In this document: piece by piece, positions 38,325 to 46,276 of the stretch
Layout of the letters: every line of letters begins with the position of its first letter
Position numbering within the stretch: the stretch's first letter is position 1
Source of the DNA: an uncultured Ruminococcus sp.
GTDB taxonomy: Bacteria > Bacillota > Clostridia > Oscillospirales > CAG-272
Assembly: GCA_964593825.1 (NCBI GenBank)
Contig: CAZQII010000003.1
Span: forward strand, 1 to 50,552
Direction: 5' to 3'
Length of the DNA: 50,552 nucleotides
The notes under the pieces: model-generated
Databases searched by the model: none
Told to the model about the DNA's origin: nothing
What the model saw: the letters and a program-made list of their open reading frames with translations, nothing else
Program-made: the position numbers and the translations under genes

Positions 38325-39672
38325 GATCTCTTTGAGCGCGGACGAGGTTGCAAAGGCCGTCGGCGGTGTATATAACGGAAAAAATACAAGAATAACCTTC
38401 ATATGCACGGACTCGCGCGAGCTCGAGGAGGGCGGCCTGTTTTTCGCCATAGGCAAAGCGGAGGAATACGTCGCCGGAGTGATCGGTCTCGACGGATGCT
38501 GCACCGTGAGCAGCACGTGCCACGATGCCATATCTGTCGATGACGTGGAATATGCCCTGCTTTTGCTCGCAAAATATTATAAGGAAAAGCTTCCGAGGCT
38601 TAAGCTCACCGCGGCGATCACCGGGAGCGTCGGAAAAACCTGCGTTAAGGATTATACCGCGGCAATATTTGCGACAAGATATAAGACTCATAAAACAGCC
38701 GGTAATTTCAATAACGGCATCGGACTTCCCTTGACCGTTTTTTCGGCGCCGAGGGACACCGAGGTCCTCGTTCTCGAGCTCGGAATGAATCATTTCGGAG
38801 AGATAAAGCGTCTGTCCGAGGCGGTATGCCCCGACATTGCGGCAATCACCTGTATAGGGAGCGCCCACATAGGAAATCTCGGCTCGCGCGAGGGGATCGC
38901 AAGGGCGAAGCTCGAAATCCTTTGCGGCATGAGCGAAAACGCCCGTACGGTGATTCCGAGGGACGAGCCGCTCCTCGCATCCGTCCCGCATGCGATAACG
39001 GTGGGAAGCGGCGGCGACGTATACCCCGAAATAAGCAAGCAAAGCGAGCGCATGACCTGCTTCAAAATAGTAAGCGGAGGCTGTAAAAGCTGCCTAATCC
39101 GTTTTCCGTTCGGCGGAGCGTATTTGGCTGAAAATATGGCCTTTGCGTCCGCGATCGCCCTTGCTTCTGGATTGGATATGTCGAATGTAAACGATGCAGT
39201 ACGCAACATATCCGCATTTATTCCAAGGCAGAAATATATAATGGTCGGAAATATAACGGTGCTGGACGACAGCTATAATGCCTCGCTTGAATCATACGTC
39301 GCCTCACTCGGCCTCCTTTCCCTCCACCGCGGTGTCAAAAGCGCCGTCATCGGAGATATACTGGAGCTCGGAGAAAAGAGCGAGCAGATCCACCGCCGCG
39401 TCGGCGCACTTTGCGCCGAGCTCGGAATTGACAAAATCTATCCGTTCGGCAGATTCTCTCCGTTTGTGAAAAGCGGCGCGGAAGAAGCGGGCTTTGATCC
39501 TCGGGCGATCTTCGCCAACGGGTGCGCCGCCGATCACGGAAAGACCGCCGTGAAAATTATAAACAACGCCGCCCAATGTGAGACCGTGCTCATAAAAGGC
39601 TCACACGCGGTACATACGGAAAAAATCATAGAGTGCATGAAAATGATCGAGGGAGATAAAAATGCTTTTTAA
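38308..39672 (+). CDS. murF: UDP-N-acetylmuramoyl-tripeptide--D-alanyl-D-alanine ligase
   Basis: It has ITGSVGKT, DDSYNAS and the Mur ligase fold. It overlaps murE by 17 nt and precedes mraY. Confidence 0.9.
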   Translation: MKAKLEISLSADEVAKAVGGVYNGKNTRITFICTDSRELEEGGLFFAIGKAEEYVAGVIGLDGCCTVSSTCHDAISVDDVEYALLLLAKYYKEKLPRLKLTAAITGSVGKTCVKDYTAAIFATRYKTHKTAGNFNNGIGLPLTVFSAPRDTEVLVLELGMNHFGEIKRLSEAVCPDIAAITCIGSAHIGNLGSREGIARAKLEILCGMSENARTVIPRDEPLLASVPHAITVGSGGDVYPEISKQSERMTCFKIVSGGCKSCLIRFPFGGAYLAENMAFASAIALASGLDMSNVNDAVRNISAFIPRQKYIMVGNITVLDDSYNASLESYVASLGLLSLHRGVKSAVIGDILELGEKSEQIHRRVGALCAELGIDKIYPFGRFSPFVKSGAEEAGFDPRAIFANGCAADHGKTAVKIINNAAQCETVLIKGSHAVHTEKIIECMKMIEGDKNAF

Positions 39673-40648
39673 CACGCCGACAGTTTTTGTCGTGATCTTC
39701 ATATTTACATTGATTTCAACCGCGCTGACCGTCGCACGGCTGATACCCGTTTTTTCAAAAAGCGCAAAGCAGCCGATATACGAGGGCGGCCCGGTCTGGC
39801 ACATGAAAAAAAGCGGAACACCGACGATGGGCGGCATAGGCTTTGTCATTCCGGTCACGCTCGCGGGGCTGATATTCTGTATTCCTCTGCACCGCTCCGG
39901 GAACGAGGGCGCCGCCGTCGAGCTTTTCCTGTCAACGCTTTTCGCCCTTACAAATGCCGTGATCGGATTTATCGACGACACAACAAAGCTACGCCATAAG
40001 GAAAACCGCGGCCTTTCCGCCAAGGAAAAATTTTTTCTGCAGCTTGCCGCCGTGATCATCTTCCTCGCCGCCCGCTCGCTCCTGCTCGGTACTGACACGC
40101 GCCTCGCCTTTCGCTTCGGCGGAATTGAGCTCGGCGCATTTTATTACCTTCTGACAGCCTTTATCCTCCTCGGAATAATCAACTGCGCAAATTTGACGGA
40201 CGGGATCGACGGGCTCGCCGCCGGAGTTGCCTTTGCCGCATCGATCTCGATATTCTACGTATCCTATCTGAGGTCGCCGAGCGGTGCGATTCTTACCGCC
40301 GCATTGGCGGGAGGCACGGTGGGCTTTATGCTGTTCAATATTCACCCGGCAAAAATATTCATGGGTGACACGGGATCTCTTTTTCTCGGGGCGGTCATCG
40401 CATCCGCCGCGCTCAGCGCGGGCGATCCCGTCACCGTGGTGGGAACCGGCGGCGTCTACGTCATCGAGGGCACGAGCGTTGTCATCCAGGTCGCCGTATA
40501 TAAGCTGTGCGGCAAGCGGGTCTTCAAAATGGCACCCCTGCACCATCACCTGGAAAAAAGCGGCTGGAGCGAAAACAAAATCTGCATCTGCGCCATTATT
40601 CTGACATTGATCCTTTCGGTATTGACATTCGCCGCCACAGCCGTATGA
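39662..40648 (+). CDS. mraY: Phospho-N-acetylmuramoyl-pentapeptide transferase
   Basis: It is a polytopic membrane protein with GFIDD, NLTDGIDGLA, MGDTGSL and PLHHHLE. Confidence 0.95.
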   Translation: MLFNTPTVFVVIFIFTLISTALTVARLIPVFSKSAKQPIYEGGPVWHMKKSGTPTMGGIGFVIPVTLAGLIFCIPLHRSGNEGAAVELFLSTLFALTNAVIGFIDDTTKLRHKENRGLSAKEKFFLQLAAVIIFLAARSLLLGTDTRLAFRFGGIELGAFYYLLTAFILLGIINCANLTDGIDGLAAGVAFAASISIFYVSYLRSPSGAILTAALAGGTVGFMLFNIHPAKIFMGDTGSLFLGAVIASAALSAGDPVTVVGTGGVYVIEGTSVVIQVAVYKLCGKRVFKMAPLHHHLEKSGWSENKICICAIILTLILSVLTFAATAV

Positions 40649-41817
40649 TAAAAAGGAGCGCTTCCGTAAGGAAGACCGTTTCAAGATCGTTCAAAACAGA
40701 TGCCGCATCCTCTCGGCCCGACCTTGTTTATTTGACCGCGGTGCTTCTGCTTGCCGCCGTCGGCTCCCTCGCCGTATTCAGCGCCGGGCACGCCTACGCC
40801 GCATTCAGATACGGAGACAGCCTTTACTTTGTAAAAAAGCAATCCGTGTGGCTATTGCTCGGCATTGCGATCATGATCGTTACGTCAAGGATAAGCATCG
40901 GATTTGTTAAGCTCATAACGCCGTTTTTGTACGGAATCACGCTCATACTTTTGATCATGGTCCTTGCGATAGGGTTCGTCGGCAACGGCGCACAGCGTTG
41001 GATCTCCATAGGTCCGATCACCGTCCAGCCGTCGGAGATCTGCAAGCTCGTTCTCGTTTTGATGCTGGCAAAATACTTTTCCGACAACGAGGACAGGATC
41101 GCGCACCGCTCGAGCAACAGGTATATCGCAATTTACGGAACGCTGATCCCGTTTTTGATAATACTCATTCCGATAATACTCGTAATGCTGCAAAAGCATC
41201 TCTCATGTATAATCATACTCGGCACAATAGGCATACTCGTAATTTTCATCTCCGGTGCGGATCCGAAATATCTGTACGCCGTGCTCATCGCGGGGGTCAT
41301 CGCGGTGACTGCGCTCGCGCTGTTCACCGATTACACAAAGGAGCGCATCACCGTCTGGCGAGATCCGGAGGCATACAGCCTGACCGGAGGATGGCAAACT
41401 CTGCAAGGGCTTATGGCGATAGGAAGCGGCGGCATATTCGGCGTCGGTATAGGAAAAAGCGTGCTGAAGCACTGCTACGTGTCCGAGCCGGCAAACGACA
41501 TGATATTTGCCATTCTTTGCGAGGAATGCGGATTTGTCGGTGCGGTGGCAGTATTACTGCTCTTCGCCTTCGTCTGTGCACGGGGATTTATCATAGGAGC
41601 ACGCTCGTCGGACACGTTTTCCCGCATTGCGGCATGCGGAATAAGCATCAAGACCGCGGTGCAGGTCCTGCTTAATGTCGCTGTCGTCACAAATACGATA
41701 CCGAACACGGGGATATCGCTTCCGTTTTTCAGCTATGGCGGCTCCTCCCTGCTGATGATGTTTCTCGAGGTGGGAATAATCCTTTCCGTTTCGAGAAATT
41801 CTAAAATTAAAAAATGA
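40645..41817 (+). CDS. ftsW: SEDS-family peptidoglycan polymerase (FtsW/SpoVE type)
   Basis: It is a polytopic membrane protein with QPSEICKL and the C-terminal PNTGISLPFFSYGGSS motif. The start ATG at 40645 overlaps the mraY stop (ATGA). The ORF-track N-terminal extension lies inside mraY. Confidence 0.9.
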   Translation: MIKRSASVRKTVSRSFKTDAASSRPDLVYLTAVLLLAAVGSLAVFSAGHAYAAFRYGDSLYFVKKQSVWLLLGIAIMIVTSRISIGFVKLITPFLYGITLILLIMVLAIGFVGNGAQRWISIGPITVQPSEICKLVLVLMLAKYFSDNEDRIAHRSSNRYIAIYGTLIPFLIILIPIILVMLQKHLSCIIILGTIGILVIFISGADPKYLYAVLIAGVIAVTALALFTDYTKERITVWRDPEAYSLTGGWQTLQGLMAIGSGGIFGVGIGKSVLKHCYVSEPANDMIFAILCEECGFVGAVAVLLLFAFVCARGFIIGARSSDTFSRIAACGISIKTAVQVLLNVAVVTNTIPNTGISLPFFSYGGSSLLMMFLEVGIILSVSRNSKIKK

Positions 41818-41931
41818 TCGGACTCGGCACGCGATCCTCCGTGCACCGCATCCTCGGGGCAATAATCGTGCGCACCGAAATTTCATAACGCTTTGTGCGG
41901 CCGCCGTGCGGGCGGCAGAATGGAGAATATT

Positions 41932-43053
41932 ATGCGCTTACTTCTTGCGGGCGGCGGAACAGGCGGCCACATTAATCCGGCGATCGCCGTCGCCGAGGCA
42001 ATGAAAAGAAGACACGGGGATATCGAGATCGCCTTTGTCGGCCGCGAGGGCGGCGACGAGAACAATGCAGTTACCTCACGCGGCTTTAAGCTCTATACCT
42101 TACGGATCCGCGGACTATCGCGCAAGCTGTCCGCCGATGCCGTGAAAAGTGCGCTTCTCGCTCTGAGATCGCTTAAAGGAGCATCGGAGATAATAAACGA
42201 ATTCAAGCCCGATGCCGTGATCGCGACGGGCGGATACGTTTCATGGCCGATATTAAAGCGCAGTATAAGCGCGGGGATCCCGACGTTCTTGCACGAATCG
42301 AATATATATCCCGGGCTTGTAACGAGAATGCTCGGCGAAAAATGCGATCTGCTTTTACTTAACTCCGCGGAAAGCCTAAAATATCTGAAAAAGGTCAAAA
42401 ATTACAAGGTCGTCGGCAATCCGCTCAGAGAGGATTTCTTCAAGCAGACAAAAAGGGACGCGCGCGGCACTCTCGGAATAAGCGGAGACTGTACATTCAT
42501 CGTCTCCTTCGGCGGGAGCCTCGGCTCCGAACGACTGAACGAGGTGATCGCAGAGGTCATGAACGGATACACGGAAGATATGAATATACGGCATTTACAC
42601 GCCTGTGGAACACGCTATTTCGAAAAAATAAAGGAGAGCGACCCGAGACTGACGTGCGGCGGAAAATGCAAGATCGTGCCCTATATAAACAATATGCCGA
42701 CCGCCCTCACCGCCGCGGATATCGTCATCTCGCGCTCCGGCGCAATGACGCTGTCGGAGATAGCAAAGGCGGGCGCGGCGGCGATATTGATACCTTCTCC
42801 GAATGTCGCCGACGACCACCAAAGAAAAAATGCACAGACTCTCGCAAATGCCGACGCCGCACTGATGATACCCGAAAGCGAGCTTACCGCAGACGCTCTC
42901 GGAAAAAGAATCCGCGAGATCATATCGGACCGCAATTTAAAGACAGCGCTTTCAACGAATGTGAAAGGCTTTTACGTCCCCGACTCCGCCGTAAAAATAT
43001 CCGAACAAATCGAAAGTGCCGTTGCAAATGCAAAAAATTCTGCCGATGAATAA
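41932..43053 (+). CDS. murG: Undecaprenyldiphospho-muramoylpentapeptide beta-N-acetylglucosaminyltransferase
   Basis: It has GGTGGHINPA, the SRSGAMTLSE motif and the GT28 fold. GGAG lies 7 nt upstream of the ATG at 41932. Confidence 0.92.
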   Translation: MRLLLAGGGTGGHINPAIAVAEAMKRRHGDIEIAFVGREGGDENNAVTSRGFKLYTLRIRGLSRKLSADAVKSALLALRSLKGASEIINEFKPDAVIATGGYVSWPILKRSISAGIPTFLHESNIYPGLVTRMLGEKCDLLLLNSAESLKYLKKVKNYKVVGNPLREDFFKQTKRDARGTLGISGDCTFIVSFGGSLGSERLNEVIAEVMNGYTEDMNIRHLHACGTRYFEKIKESDPRLTCGGKCKIVPYINNMPTALTAADIVISRSGAMTLSEIAKAGAAAILIPSPNVADDHQRKNAQTLANADAALMIPESELTADALGKRIREIISDRNLKTALSTNVKGFYVPDSAVKISEQIESAVANAKNSADE

Positions 43054-43263
43054 CCTCACTTAACTCGCTTTTGTGTTAATAATATATTTATTATTTCGGT
43101 TTAAACGCCTCGATTTGAAGCAAAACACGGCATTTTTTGCACGAAATTCGGCATTTTTGCGCTTTTTTCGAGCAAAGCGATATACATCTGCCTTAAAATA
43201 ACATTAACTTTTAAAGTTTTTATTTACAGAACTGTAAAATAATATTTTTATTTTAAAAATCTC

Positions 43264-43291
43264 TTGCTTTTAAATAAAAATATTGTATAAT
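43264..43291 (+). promoter_or_regulatory. Candidate sigma-A-type promoter dedicated to ftsZ
   Basis: It reads TTGCTT (43264..43269), a 16-nt spacer, then TGTATAAT (extended -10, 43284..43291). It lies in a 300-bp AT-rich spacer. Confidence 0.5.
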
Positions 43292-43352
43292 ATTTATAGA
43301 TGATTATTTTCGGGAACTGTTCCCTATTCATAAATAAAGTGAGGATTTTAAA

Positions 43353-44618
43353 ATGGAATTCGATTTTGAACCTGTATACGACAGTGGTGTAAATATAAAA
43401 GTCATCGGCGTAGGCGGCGGCGGAAACAACGCGGTCAATCGCATGATCTCCACAAATATCCGCGGCGTTGAGTTTATCGCAGTCAACACAGACAGCCAGA
43501 TACTTAAATCATCCTGCGCGGCAAAGAAGATCGTTATCGGCGAAAAGATCACAAAGGGTCTCGGAGCCGGTGCTACTCCGGATGTCGGAAAGCGCAGCGC
43601 GGAGGAGTCCATTGACGCCCTCAAGGAAGTTATCAGAGGTGCGGATATGGTGTTCATTACCGCGGGCATGGGCGGCGGAACCGGTACAGGTGCGGCTCCC
43701 GTCATCGCCAAGGTGGCAAAGGAGCTCGACATACTCACGGTCGGAATAGTTACCAAGCCCTTCGCGTTCGAGGGACGCAAGCGTATGGCTCAGGCAGAGG
43801 AAGGAATCGCGGAGCTCTCCAAGTACGTTGACTCGCTCATCGTGATCCCCAACGAAAGACTCAAGCAGATCGAAGATACGCATATCACGCTTACAAACGC
43901 ATTTGAAATCGCGGACGATGTTTTGCGCCGCGGAGTTCAGTCCGTTTCCGAGCTCATTAACATCCCCGGCCTTATCAACCTCGACTTTGCCGACGTGACG
44001 ACCATCATGAAGAACGCGGGCAACGCGCACATGGGTGTCGGTGTTGCAAAGGGTACAGACAAGGCTCAGCTCGCTGCCATGGCGGCAATCACCTCTCCCC
44101 TGCTTGAAACGAGCATCGCAGGTGCGACCGGCGTCCTTGTATGCGTGACCGCATCGCAGGACATCGAGCTCGAGGAGGTCGAGGCGGCGTGCGCAATGAT
44201 CCACGACGAGGTTCATCCCGATGCGCAAAACATATTCGGCGTTAATCTCGATCCCTCCATGGATGACGAGATCAGAGTCACGATCATCGCAACAGGATTC
44301 AATAAGGCACAGAGCGCGGACGACGATGCACATGCAGAGCGCGTGATCGAGCGCCCCGCAGAGAAGCCCGTGAGAACACCCGAGCCCGCTCCCGTAAGAG
44401 AGTCGGCGCCCGTGAGAGAGCCTGCCTTTTCGGCACCTCGCACAAGGCTCACCGAATCCGAGATCGATAAAATCCTTGCAGTAGACGATCAGGTGCCCGC
44501 CCCCGCTCCCGAGGTGCGTGAGGCTCAGCCCGCACCGGAAGCACCCACAACGGCACGCGACATCTACAACGATTACGATGCAGAATTCAAGACCATAAGA
44601 AGAATACATAAGAAATAA
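43353..44618 (+). CDS. ftsZ: Cell division protein FtsZ
   Basis: It has [17 protein letters not shown] and the tubulin signature [16 protein letters not shown] Pro/Glu/Ala-rich linker with APVRE repeats is followed by a short basic C-terminal peptide. Confidence 0.97.
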   Translation: MEFDFEPVYDSGVNIKVIGVGGGGNNAVNRMISTNIRGVEFIAVNTDSQILKSSCAAKKIVIGEKITKGLGAGATPDVGKRSAEESIDALKEVIRGADMVFITAGMGGGTGTGAAPVIAKVAKELDILTVGIVTKPFAFEGRKRMAQAEEGIAELSKYVDSLIVIPNERLKQIEDTHITLTNAFEIADDVLRRGVQSVSELINIPGLINLDFADVTTIMKNAGNAHMGVGVAKGTDKAQLAAMAAITSPLLETSIAGATGVLVCVTASQDIELEEVEAACAMIHDEVHPDAQNIFGVNLDPSMDDEIRVTIIATGFNKAQSADDDAHAERVIERPAEKPVRTPEPAPVRESAPVREPAFSAPRTRLTESEIDKILAVDDQVPAPAPEVREAQPAPEAPTTARDIYNDYDAEFKTIRRIHKK

Positions 44619-44630
44619 TATCTTTCAAAA

Positions 44631-44667
44631 CAGACGGTACGCAATAACGCGTGCCGTCTGTTTTTTT
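44631..44667 (+). terminator. Rho-independent terminator of ftsZ
   Basis: CAGACGGTACGC (44631..44642) pairs with GCGTGCCGTCTG (44649..44660, one G:U). T7 follows at 44661..44667. Confidence 0.9.
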
Positions 44668-44721
44668 CTTTGCGTCCGAGGCGATTGTACAAATAACATC
44701 CGAAGCTTGTGCTCACAGTCT

Positions 44722-44844
44722 CTACACAATTCCGTTGTCGATAAAACCGCACTTTTTGAGGCTGTATACTTTTCCGAGATGCGTTTTCACGTTCAAAACG
44801 CGCATTTTGAGCCGTTTTATCGACATTATAACGGAATTGTGTAG
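44722..44844. repeat. 123-bp inverted-repeat element (26 matched bp, with a 5-nt insertion in one arm) enclosing a 66-nt core with a nested hairpin
   Basis: CTACACAATTCCGTTGTCGATAAAAC (44722..44747) matches the reverse complement of GTTTTATCGACATTATAACGGAATTGTGTAG (44814..44844). The inner hairpin GCGTTTT-CACGTTC-AAAACGC lies at 44781..44801. Confidence 0.85.
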
Positions 44845-44955
44845 TTTCGCTTGCAGAGTTTTCAACATTGTTTCGGTGCCTGGTTTTGTGAATTGACATT
44901 TTTGAACGCTCCTTCGGCACTGCTTCGGAATAGTGTATTTTTTTGTTTTTGCCGC

Positions 44956-44986
44956 AAAAAAAGAAAAACCGCACTTTCGAGCGCGG
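44956..44986 (-). terminator. Rho-independent terminator of the actin-like/40-aa-peptide unit
   Basis: The minus strand reads CCGCGC-TCGAAA-GTGCGG (one G:U pair) followed by TTTTTCTTTTTTT. Confidence 0.7.
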
Positions 44987-45019
44987 CATAAAAAGCACAC
45001 ACCGAAAATGCGATTTATC

Positions 45020-45142
45020 TTAAATCGACGCTTTGAAATAAACAACCGTCGCAACTGCGATTCCGAGCACCATAGCTCCGAGAAGCACGATAGCGATCAC
45101 CTTTGTCGCCGCACCGGTCTTCTTACTGTTTTGATTTTTCAT
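45020..45142 (-). CDS. Unannotated 40-aa single-pass membrane peptide
   Basis: My own translation is MKNQNSKKTGAATKVIAIVLLGAMVLGIAVATVVYFKASI. AAGGGAAG lies 5 nt upstream of the ATG, and the ORF starts 15 nt after the upstream stop. It has a basic N-terminus and one 22-aa hydrophobic helix. It falls below the 60-aa cut-off of the ORF track. Confidence 0.6.
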   Translation of the reverse strand: MKNQNSKKTGAATKVIAIVLLGAMVLGIAVATVVYFKASI

Positions 45143-45157
45143 TTTATCTTCCCTTTA

Positions 45158-46183
45158 TTATTTATTTTTATCTGCATAATATTTAAACAGCATGGAGGTA
45201 ACATTCTTGTTCCCCGCCCTTCCCTTCGAGGGGATTATGTTGTTCACGCGTGAAAGCCCCTTTGCGACGCAGTCGATGGCATCCTGCGGCTTTGTGACAT
45301 TGATGCCGAGGACCTTCTGCATCATAATGTCGATGCCGAAGAGCTCCGCACCACCGCCGGTCAGCACTATGCCGTTCTCGAATATTTTGCCGACGATCTC
45401 GTACGGTATCTTTTTAACGACATCCGCAACCGCGGAGAGCAAGGTATGTAAAGGCTCCTCAAAGACACCCACGATGTCCTCGGTCGTCACCGACATTCTG
45501 ACCTTGTTTCCCGTAAGGGAGAGTGTGCCCTCTATGTCTATGCTCGCGTTTTCCCTGCCCTGCCAAACGGCACCGAGCTTCTCCTTTATTGCCCTTGCGA
45601 CAGATAAAGAAACGCTGACATCGCCTTGATCGTAAATATACTGCTTTACCGCCTTATCGAAATCCTCGCCGCCGATCATCGATCTGCCGTTCAGGATCAC
45701 CTCACCGCCATGGAGCACGGCAATCTCCGTGCATGACGCGCCGACATTAACGGACACCGCGCTTATTCCCGGCGAATATCCAGCACCGATTAGAGCGGCA
45801 ACAGGGCGGCTAACGGCAAAGCCCTCTTTTACCCCCGCCTCTGTCAAAAGCGCGAAAAGCTCCTTTTCCTGCTTAATATGGAAATCCGACGGAACTCCGA
45901 CGACGCATCTGATCTTTTCGACCGGCATGATCGCGCCGATCGCATTGTTGATAATGCCCTGCGTGATCTTAGAATCAAAGAGCAATCCGTTTTTGAAGGG
46001 CCGCACGAGCATGGCATCTGGATTATCTCCGCCCTCGCCGAGCATTGCGGCGTTTCCGACCGAAATTACGGCACGCGTATTCTTATTGACAAGCGCGACC
46101 GAGGGCTCTCTGTATATGCCCGCAGTGACGTCGCTCAGAGTTATATTCGCATAACCCAAATCTAAGCCGATCTTTGTTACCAT
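45158..46183 (-). CDS. Divergent actin-fold protein of the MreB/Mbl family
   Basis: Collinear MreB landmarks are GLDLGYANI, REPSVAL, RPFKNGLLFD, VVGVPS, PVAALIGAG, IVLTGGGAEL and DCVAKG. It is 341 aa long. The phosphate-2 motif reads NVGASCTE instead of DxGGGTTE. Confidence 0.75.
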   Translation of the reverse strand: MVTKIGLDLGYANITLSDVTAGIYREPSVALVNKNTRAVISVGNAAMLGEGGDNPDAMLVRPFKNGLLFDSKITQGIINNAIGAIMPVEKIRCVVGVPSDFHIKQEKELFALLTEAGVKEGFAVSRPVAALIGAGYSPGISAVSVNVGASCTEIAVLHGGEVILNGRSMIGGEDFDKAVKQYIYDQGDVSVSLSVARAIKEKLGAVWQGRENASIDIEGTLSLTGNKVRMSVTTEDIVGVFEEPLHTLLSAVADVVKKIPYEIVGKIFENGIVLTGGGAELFGIDIMMQKVLGINVTKPQDAIDCVAKGLSRVNNIIPSKGRAGNKNVTSMLFKYYADKNK

Positions 46184-46229
46184 GCCGTTATCCTTTCATT
46201 TTTTATCGGAAACTAATCTCTTACAGTAC

Positions 46230-46258
46230 ATTATACTATATTTTGTGAAAAAATTCAA
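46230..46258 (-). promoter_or_regulatory. Consensus sigma-A-type promoter of the actin-like unit
   Basis: The minus strand reads TTGAAT (46258..46253), a 17-nt spacer, then TATAAT (46235..46230). Confidence 0.65.
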
Positions 46259-46276
46259 GTATTTTTTCAATTTATA

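Noticed and set aside
43312-43324. A perfect 13-bp palindrome GGGAAC-T-GTTCCC in the ftsZ leader, and a similar GGAAC-N5-GTTCC at 487-501 upstream of the AbrB-like gene, considered as a possible shared operator.
   Set aside because: Palindromes with 5-6-bp arms are expected roughly ten times by chance in 50 kb. The two sites differ in spacing and no regulator can be linked to them. This is worth revisiting only if the ftsZ-leader site is conserved in relatives.
44722-44844. The repeat arms begin with GTTTTATCGAC..., which is reminiscent of CRISPR repeats or a tracrRNA anti-repeat.
   Set aside because: There are only two copies, they are in inverted rather than direct orientation, there is no spacer periodicity, and no cas gene is in the window.
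44573-44998. A 141-aa minus-strand ORF. Its internal ATG at about 44900 is preceded by GAAGGAG at a 9-nt spacing and would give a very basic 108-aa protein.
   Set aside because: The frame runs straight through the inverted-repeat element and the ftsZ terminator hairpin, then 46 nt into the ftsZ coding sequence before stopping. The N-terminal part overlaps the neighbouring unit's terminator. The composition is low-complexity and basic, with no recognisable family. It is most likely a chance ORF in non-coding DNA. Ribo-seq could overturn this.
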